Shown: in pieces, positions 1 to 5,607 of the stretch | Layout of the letters: every line of letters begins with the position of its first letter | How positions within the stretch are numbered: position 1 is the stretch's first letter | Assembly: GCA_050486505.1 (NCBI GenBank) | Contig: JBJHDK010000066.1 | Coordinates: 1-11,781 of the forward strand | Length of the DNA: 11,781 nt | Direction of reading: 5' to 3' | Source of the DNA: Fibrobacteria bacterium | Lineage (GTDB): Bacteria; Fibrobacterota; Fibrobacteria; UBA11236 | Translations under genes and position numbers: made by a program | Notes under the pieces: model-generated | What the model saw: only the letters and a program-made list of their open reading frames with translations | Told to the model about the DNA's origin: nothing | Database searches by the model: none

Positions 1-1
1 C

Positions 2-187
2 CCCGATACGCTGGAGATCACGGCGGCCACCAAGGATCCTCGCGGCGACATCATCATGGGGCTGCGCCACAAGACCCGCCCCATCTTCGGCGTGCAATTT
101 CATCCGGAATCCATCCTCACCGACCACGGCAAGAAGATGCTGCGGAATTTTCTGGAGATCAAAGGAACGAAAGGAACGGCGCAATGA
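2..187 (+). CDS. trpG: Anthranilate synthase component II / glutamine amidotransferase, 3' part (truncated by window edge)
   Basis: Manual translation of frame 2: [61 protein letters not shown]. It carries the class I GATase GVQFHPES motif. The stop TGA (185-187) overlaps the trpD ATG (ATGA). Confidence 0.92.
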   Translation, partial: PDTLEITAATKDPRGDIIMGLRHKTRPIFGVQFHPESILTDHGKKMLRNFLEIKGTKGTAQ

Positions 188-1209
188 CGGCAATGGATCC
201 CGCCCTGCTGGGAAAATTGATGCGCGGCGAACACCTCGCCTTCGACGAAATGCGCACCGCCCTCGACGGCATCATGGAAGGCGCGTGGACGCCCGCGCAA
301 ATCGCGGGATTCCTCGTCGCCTTGCGCATCAAGGGCGAGACTCCCGAAGAGATCGCCGCTGCCGCCGACGCCATGCGCGACAAGGCCGTACGCGTGCCCG
401 TGACCCGCGCCAACGTGATCGACACCTGCGGCACCGGCGGCGACCACAGCGGCACGTTCAATATTTCCACCGCCGCCGCCATCGTGGCCGCGGGAGCCGG
501 AGCCGCTGTGGCGAAGCACGGCAACCGTGCCATCAGCTCGCGCTGCGGCAGCGCCAACGTGCTGCAGGAACTGGGCGTCAACATCGAACTCTCCCCGGAG
601 CGCGTGGGCGCCTGCGTGGATGCAACGGGCGTGGGCTTTCTCTTCGCCCCCAACCTGCACCCCGCCATGAAGCACGTCGCCGGCCCCCGCAAGGAACTGG
701 GCCAGCGCACGATTTTCAACCTGCTCGGACCTCTGCTCAACCCGGCGCGCGCGAAGCGTCAGGTGATCGGCGTTTTCGACCAGAACCTGACGCGCGTGTT
801 CGCGGAGGTGCTGCAGCGCCTCGGTTCCGAGCACGTGCTGGTCGTGGCCGGAACCGACGGACTCGACGAAATCAGCCTGTGCGCCCCCACCAAGGTGGCC
901 GAACTCAAGGACGGCAAGATCGGGGAGTTCATCCTCAACCCGCAGGATTTGGGGTTCTCGCTGGCGACGCCCGGAGACCTCGCGGGCGGAGATGCCGCGG
1001 AGAATGCCGCCATCCTGCGCGACATCTTCGCCGGGAAAAAAGGCCCTGCGCGCGACATCGTTGTGCTGAACGCCGGCGCGGCGCTCTATGTGGCCGGGTT
1101 GGCGAAATCGATCAAGGAAGGCGCGGCGCTGGCCGCCAAGGCGATCGACGAGGGCAAGGTTGCGAAGACCCTGTCGGACTGGATCGAGTTGTCGAACCGG
1201 AACGACTAG
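184..1209 (+). CDS. trpD: Anthranilate phosphoribosyltransferase
   Basis: 341 aa with [19 protein letters not shown] and GLDE motifs; AAGGA SD upstream; follows trpG. Confidence 0.97.
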   Translation: MTAMDPALLGKLMRGEHLAFDEMRTALDGIMEGAWTPAQIAGFLVALRIKGETPEEIAAAADAMRDKAVRVPVTRANVIDTCGTGGDHSGTFNISTAAAIVAAGAGAAVAKHGNRAISSRCGSANVLQELGVNIELSPERVGACVDATGVGFLFAPNLHPAMKHVAGPRKELGQRTIFNLLGPLLNPARAKRQVIGVFDQNLTRVFAEVLQRLGSEHVLVVAGTDGLDEISLCAPTKVAELKDGKIGEFILNPQDLGFSLATPGDLAGGDAAENAAILRDIFAGKKGPARDIVVLNAGAALYVAGLAKSIKEGAALAAKAIDEGKVAKTLSDWIELSNRND

Positions 1210-1925
1210 CCTTCAGGGCTGCCGCGTCCCTTGCCGGCACGGCGGCGCTTGAACATGTGCGGATTCTTCTGCACGAACGATTCGATCCACCGCTCCAGGA
1301 AGGAGTCCTTCTTTTTTCGCTTGAGGTAACCGTACCCGAGCAGGGAGATCACCAGCGCCCCCAGGGCGTCCACGATCAGGTCCCACATGGTATCGGTCAA
1401 TCCCGAAGGATCCCCCAACATCGGCTTTTGCATGTTCGTGCCGAGCAATTGATCCATCGCGAACTCGAAAATCTCCCACAGTGCGCCCATCCCAAGGGCG
1501 AACAGAAACGCGAAGAACGCCACGAAGCCGGGCTTCATGTGCACCCCGATTTCCTCGGTCTCGTTCAGGATGTACACGAGCAGAAAGCCAACGATGCCGA
1601 GCAAGAAGCCTGAGGCCGTGTGCAGCGCGACATCCCACCACCAGTAAGCGTAGTAGCCGCGCACTTCGCCAAGGAACAGCGAAGCAAACACGAACCCGAC
1701 CGCGAGCACCTCGAACTCGGGCGGAATGTTGACCTGGAAGCGCTTTTTGAGGACGAGGGGGACCATCGCCACCGCGATGATTCCGAGGGTGATCACTGCG
1801 GTCGCCCACTGCCGCTCCCAGAGTGCGCCGAGGAATCCGAGAAATAGGATCGCCTTCAACACGAAGCTGATGCGGCGATGGAGCTTGCCGGTCTCGGTCG
1901 AAACCGGCTCTTGGTTCTGGCTCAT
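1206..1925 (-). CDS. Polytopic membrane protein, DUF2238/VanZ-like (function unknown)
   Basis: Several hydrophobic segments with conserved-looking WWD-x-x-H, WEIFEF and DTMWDL motifs. Start chosen at ATG 1925, which overlaps the upstream stop (ATGA). Its TAG stop overlaps the trpD TAG convergently (CTAG, 1206-1209). Confidence 0.75.
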   Translation of the reverse strand: MSQNQEPVSTETGKLHRRISFVLKAILFLGFLGALWERQWATAVITLGIIAVAMVPLVLKKRFQVNIPPEFEVLAVGFVFASLFLGEVRGYYAYWWWDVALHTASGFLLGIVGFLLVYILNETEEIGVHMKPGFVAFFAFLFALGMGALWEIFEFAMDQLLGTNMQKPMLGDPSGLTDTMWDLIVDALGALVISLLGYGYLKRKKKDSFLERWIESFVQKNPHMFKRRRAGKGRGSPEG

Positions 1926-2134
1926 TCCGAATGCCAATCTTTTCGTTTCAACCGGTAAACGTAACAGTCATCCGGACCGAAGCGGCGCGCCTCCAGAAAA
2001 CGGAAATCCAGCCACTCGTAGAAACGGTGCGCGCGCGGATCAGACGCGACGATGTGCGGCAGTTCGTCCCACCGCCGCAGCAGGGAGACATCCGCAAGCG
2101 TCGCTGGGCGGAAGGTCAGGTTTCCGCGTCCCAC
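1922..2134 (-). pseudogene. Internally deleted GNAT acetyltransferase (AAC(6')/Acetyltransf_8-like), in-frame remnant of ~70 aa
   Basis: From GTG 2134: VGRGNLTFRPATLADVSLLRRWDELPHIVASDP|RAHRFYEWLDFRFLEARRFGPDDCYVYRLKRKDWHSE*. A GNAT N-terminus (L-RPAT-AD---L-RW) is joined directly to a GNAT C-terminus (RA-RFYE--(G/D)F). The central acetyl-CoA-binding motif A is missing. Start position is uncertain. Confidence 0.7.
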
Positions 2135-2538
2135 GCGGGGTTCCACACCGCCTCCCACACATGCCCGTCGGGATCCTGGAAATACCCCGCATAGCCGCCC
2201 CAGAAGGTCGCATGCGCGGGCTTGACGATCGTCGCGCCCGCAGCCGCCGCGCGCTCCATCACCGCGTCCACCTCCTCGCGGGAGGAGACGTTGTGGCCCA
2301 AGGTGAGCTCCGTCGAACTCGCGGGATTCCGGGGAAGCCCCGTGTCGTGCGCGATGCTTTCGCGCGGCCACAAGGCGAGTCTCAGGCCGGATTGCAAATC
2401 GAAGAAGGCCACGGCGCCGTGTTCGAACTCGCGCCCCACGATCCCTTCCGTCGGGAAGCCCAACCCGTCGCGATAGAACGCGACGGCGCGGTCGAGATCG
2501 TCGACGCCGAGGGTGATGACGGTGATGCGAGGTTTCAT
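2116..2538 (-). CDS. VOC family protein (glyoxalase/bleomycin resistance-like)
   Basis: MKPRITVITLGVDDLDRAVAFYRDGLG ... FWGGYAGYFQDPDGHVWE is a typical VOC signature. Confidence 0.92.
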   Translation of the reverse strand: MKPRITVITLGVDDLDRAVAFYRDGLGFPTEGIVGREFEHGAVAFFDLQSGLRLALWPRESIAHDTGLPRNPASSTELTLGHNVSSREEVDAVMERAAAAGATIVKPAHATFWGGYAGYFQDPDGHVWEAVWNPAWDAET

Positions 2539-2545
2539 GCGCACA

Positions 2546-2574
2546 ACGTTAAGGAAAGAATGACTCTATCACAA
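2546..2574 (-). promoter_or_regulatory. Putative sigma70 promoter of the VOC gene (probably leaderless)
   Basis: Minus strand TTGTGA (2574-2569), 17 bp spacer, TAACGT (2551-2546), 7 nt, then ATG 2538. No SD is visible. Confidence 0.5.
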
Positions 2575-2599
2575 CTGCACGCGCCACAACACGTCAAGA

Positions 2600-2932
2600 T
2601 TAAAACACCGCCGCTTTCAGGATACTCTGACAATAGCTGTTCAGGCTCTGTCCCGCTTGCAGGGCGCGCTGAGCAATCACCTTGTGCAGTTCCGGTTCCA
2701 CCCGCAGCATGAACTTTCCCGAATAATCGCGATTCGTCGGTGGAGGCAATGAGCGCTTGTCCTGCCGGTAAATCTCAATATTCTCCTCCACCACCTCGCA
2801 AAGCTCGGCGTAAACCTTCGTCTGATCCGTGCCGTGCACGCCCCCGTGGAACAAGCCTGGACAGGTTCCGACATAACAGCCGTCCTCCTCGGACCACTCC
2901 ACTATTTTCAGATAACGATCGGAAATCTTCAT
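2600..2932 (-). CDS. hicB: HicB family antitoxin with C-terminal ribbon-helix-helix domain
   Basis: N-terminal EWSEEDGCYVGTCPGL...HG HicB fold and C-terminal YSGKFMLRVEPELH...SLN RHH signature. ATGA overlap with hicA. Confidence 0.9.
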   Translation of the reverse strand: MKISDRYLKIVEWSEEDGCYVGTCPGLFHGGVHGTDQTKVYAELCEVVEENIEIYRQDKRSLPPPTNRDYSGKFMLRVEPELHKVIAQRALQAGQSLNSYCQSILKAAVF

Positions 2933-3126
2933 GACCGAACCTCCTTGATGGCCTCTTTCACTTTTTTCTCCTGATATCGATGCGCGTCATCACCCGAATG
3001 TCCTGACACCACGACGTGGCTTCCGTATCGTGGATGCACATACGTGCGATGACTCCCTTTCCCTCCCCGGTTCCGAAAACCCGCCCGCTCCAGATCCGCG
3101 ATCAATTCCCGAATTTTCCTCGGCAT
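2929..3126 (-). CDS. hicA: HicA family mRNA interferase toxin
   Basis: 65 aa basic protein with GF...GKGSHR-Y-HP motif, directly upstream of hicB; GGAG SD upstream. Confidence 0.9.
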   Translation of the reverse strand: MPRKIRELIADLERAGFRNRGGKGSHRTYVHPRYGSHVVVSGHSGDDAHRYQEKKVKEAIKEVRS

Positions 3127-3140
3127 GACAAAGATACTCC

Positions 3141-3154
3141 CTTTGATATCAAAG
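3141..3154. promoter_or_regulatory. Perfect 14-bp palindrome, candidate HicB operator
   Basis: CTTTGATATCAAAG lies 15-28 nt upstream of the hicA ATG and is flanked by GATAC boxes at 3133 and 3156. Confidence 0.6.
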
Positions 3155-3303
3155 TGATACTATTTTGGTAAATGGTGGTGCGACACTCCTGATGCGGATT
3201 CCGGAGAACCCCCAGGCGGGGCAGCATGAATCCATGCGGGTTAGACGATCTCGACACGCGAAACTGATCGCCATTTTTCCCAAAAACGCTACCTTGAAGG
3301 TCC

Positions 3304-4104
3304 ATGCCGCAACCCGACATCCTCGCCAAAATCATCGCGAAAAAGGCCGAACGGCTCGCCGAGGCCAAGCGCCGCATCCCCCCCGCCGAGGCGGAAAAGC
3401 GCGCCCGGGAGCTTCCCGCGCCGCGCCTGAACCTCCTCGAAATCCTCAAGTCCCCCGCACCGCAAGGCATGCATGTCATCGCCGAGGTCAAGAAGGCCTC
3501 CCCCTCGAAAGGCGTGCTGCGCGAAGACTTTCAACCGCTCGAAATCGCGCAGGCGTATGCGCGCGGCGGAGCCTCCGCATTGTCGGTGCTCACCGAAGAG
3601 GATTTCTTCCAGGGATCCGATGCCTATCTGCGCGAGATTTCGGAGAAGGTTTCCCTGCCCACGCTGCGCAAGGATTTCCTCACCGAGGCCTACCAGGTCC
3701 ACGAGGCGAAGATTCTCGGCGCGAGCGCCTACCTGCTCATCGCCGCCTGCCTCGAGGAAGCGAAGCTGCGCGACCTGATCGCGCTGGGACACGAGTTCGG
3801 ACTCACCCCGCTCACCGAAGTGCACGACGAGGCCGAAACCGAAATCGCCCTGCGCGCGGGCGCGCCCCTGATCGGCGTGAACAACCGCAATCTCAGGACA
3901 TTCGAGGTCTCGCTCGACACGACCTACCGGATCCGCAAACTCGTGCCGCGCGACATCCCCTTCGTCTCGGAGTCCGGCATCTTCACCCACGACGACGTAC
4001 TCTCCCTGCAAGACGCCGGCATCAATGCCGTCCTCGTGGGCGAAAGCCTCATGCGGCAGCAAGACCCGGAAGCCAAACTCCGCGAACTCCTGGGGGCCGC
4101 ATGA
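3304..4104 (+). CDS. trpC: Indole-3-glycerol phosphate synthase
   Basis: IAEVKKASPSKG, LSVLTE--FF-GS, LRKDF, GVNNRNL, VSESGI and LVGESLM motifs. Confidence 0.97.
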   Translation: MPQPDILAKIIAKKAERLAEAKRRIPPAEAEKRARELPAPRLNLLEILKSPAPQGMHVIAEVKKASPSKGVLREDFQPLEIAQAYARGGASALSVLTEEDFFQGSDAYLREISEKVSLPTLRKDFLTEAYQVHEAKILGASAYLLIAACLEEAKLRDLIALGHEFGLTPLTEVHDEAETEIALRAGAPLIGVNNRNLRTFEVSLDTTYRIRKLVPRDIPFVSESGIFTHDDVLSLQDAGINAVLVGESLMRQQDPEAKLRELLGAA

Positions 4105-4667
4105 CGGCCCGGTCGTTGAGCCTCTCGCAACGCCAGGCCGGGCCCATCCGCCTGCTCTTCGTCTGCATGGGCAACATCTGCCGCTCCCCGCTTGCGGAAG
4201 GCTTGTTCCTTGACCTTGCGAAGACCCGCGGCATCGCGGATCGCTTCGAGGTGGACTCCTGCGGTATCGGCGACTGGCATGTCGGCCACGCCCCCGACCC
4301 GCGCTCCCAGGCCGTCGCCAACAGAAACGGACTCACGCTCGTCTGCCGCGCGCGGCAGATCGACCCGCCCGACGACTTCGAGGCCTTCGACCTCATCCTC
4401 GCCATGGACCGCGCCAACCTGCGCGACCTGCGCGAACTGTCCTCCGAAGAGCACCACGGCAAGATCCGCCTCATGCGCGAATGGGATCCCGACGCGGACG
4501 AGCAACACCCTGAAGTTCCCGACCCCTACTACGGCGGCCCGCAGGGCTTCGACCTGATGTATGCCATGCTGCGGCGCTCGTGCGAACGGCTGCTGGACGA
4601 TTTGGAACGAGCCGCCCGGAACTCCCACTCCACCAAGACGGAACCCGGCGGTGGCTCCGCGGGCTGA
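4101..4667 (+). CDS. Low-molecular-weight protein-tyrosine phosphatase family protein
   Basis: C-terminal part of the 3165..4667 ORF. ATG 4101 overlaps the trpC stop (ATGA). P-loop FVCMGNICRSP and DPYYGG acid loop are present. Confidence 0.93.
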   Translation: MTARSLSLSQRQAGPIRLLFVCMGNICRSPLAEGLFLDLAKTRGIADRFEVDSCGIGDWHVGHAPDPRSQAVANRNGLTLVCRARQIDPPDDFEAFDLILAMDRANLRDLRELSSEEHHGKIRLMREWDPDADEQHPEVPDPYYGGPQGFDLMYAMLRRSCERLLDDLERAARNSHSTKTEPGGGSAG

Positions 4668-5535
4668 CCTTCCCCCGCATCTCGTGGCCGCCTTGCGCGC
4701 CGCGGGCCTCCCGGAGCCCTACCGGCTCCTGAACGTCGTCTCGGGCGGCTGCATCAACGACTGCTTCGCCATCGAAACCGGCGGCGGTACGGTCTTCGCA
4801 AAAACCAATGACGCCGCCCCGCCCGGATTCTTCGCCGCCGAAAAAGCCGGTCTCGAAGCCCTTGCCTCCGCAGGCCCCCCCCTCGTCACCCCCCACCCCC
4901 TCGCCTTGCATGTTCCGGAGTCCGGCCCCTCCGTGCTTGTGCTCGAATGGCTCGAGCCTGCGCACGCGGACAAGGCGATGTGGGAAGCTCTGGGCCGCGG
5001 CCTCGCGGAACTGCATCGTGCCATCGGCCCCGCCTACGGATTTACCTCCGACAATTATCTCGGTGCCACACCACAGCCCAACGGATGGAAAAAAGATTGG
5101 GGGGCGTTCTTCGTGGAACGCCGCATCGGGTCTCTCGCCGGCCTGCTCTACCGCTCGGGCTCCCTGACGGTGGAGGCCCTGCGCGTCTATGACTCCCTGC
5201 TGGAGAAGCTCCCGGACTTGCTGGGACATGACCCCGCGCCATCGCTGGTGCACGGCGATCTTTGGAACGGAAACTTTCTGCCGACCACGCGCGGCCCGGC
5301 GCTCATCGACCCGGCCGCGCACTACGGCGACCGCGAGTGCGATCTTGCGATGATGCACCTCTTCGGGGGATTCCCGGAGGTCGTGTTTGATGCGTATCAG
5401 GAAGCGTGGCCACTAGTGAACGGCTGGAAGGAGCGGGAACCGATCTACCGGCTCTACCACCTGATGAATCACCAACTGTTGTTCGGGGGGGCGTACGGGG
5501 TCGAAGCGCTGGAGACGGCGAGACGATTCGTGTGA
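4651..5535 (+). CDS. Fructosamine-3-kinase family protein (ribulosamine/erythrulosamine kinase-like)
   Basis: SGGCIN, FAK, HGDLWNGN, IDPA--YGDRECDLAM and LYHLMNH motifs. The likely GTG start at 4651 overlaps the phosphatase 3' end; the start is uncertain. Confidence 0.9.
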   Translation: MAPRADLPPHLVAALRAAGLPEPYRLLNVVSGGCINDCFAIETGGGTVFAKTNDAAPPGFFAAEKAGLEALASAGPPLVTPHPLALHVPESGPSVLVLEWLEPAHADKAMWEALGRGLAELHRAIGPAYGFTSDNYLGATPQPNGWKKDWGAFFVERRIGSLAGLLYRSGSLTVEALRVYDSLLEKLPDLLGHDPAPSLVHGDLWNGNFLPTTRGPALIDPAAHYGDRECDLAMMHLFGGFPEVVFDAYQEAWPLVNGWKEREPIYRLYHLMNHQLLFGGAYGVEALETARRFV

Positions 5536-5556
5536 ATTACCGGGAATGCGGTGCGG

Positions 5557-5607
5557 TGTAGGGGCAAATTGTGTTGGGCGCCGTGCGCCCTATTATTTGC
5601 CCCTACA
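5557..5607. repeat. GTAG-type REP-like inverted repeat between convergent FN3K and rapA
   Basis: TGTAGGGGCAAAT (5557-5569) and ATTTGCCCCTACA (5595-5607) form a perfect 13-bp IR with an inner GGGCGC/GCGCCC hairpin. The rapA stop is the TAG of the GTAG. Confidence 0.7.

Noticed and set aside
1206..3130. Integron cassette array (GNAT, VOC and TA genes are typical cargo; TAACGTTGTGC near 2545 looks core-like)
   Set aside because: No attC-like palindromes with paired RYYYAAC/GTTRRRY ends, the genes overlap each other, and there is no integrase.
3190..3240. Possible hairpin or trp attenuator upstream of trpC (GGATTC...GAATCC)
   Set aside because: The stem is short and there is no U-tract and no Trp-codon leader peptide.
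3165..4100. Apparent N-terminal extension or fusion making a 500-aa phosphatase
   Set aside because: Arg-rich off-frame read of trpC. The real start is the ATGA overlap at 4101.
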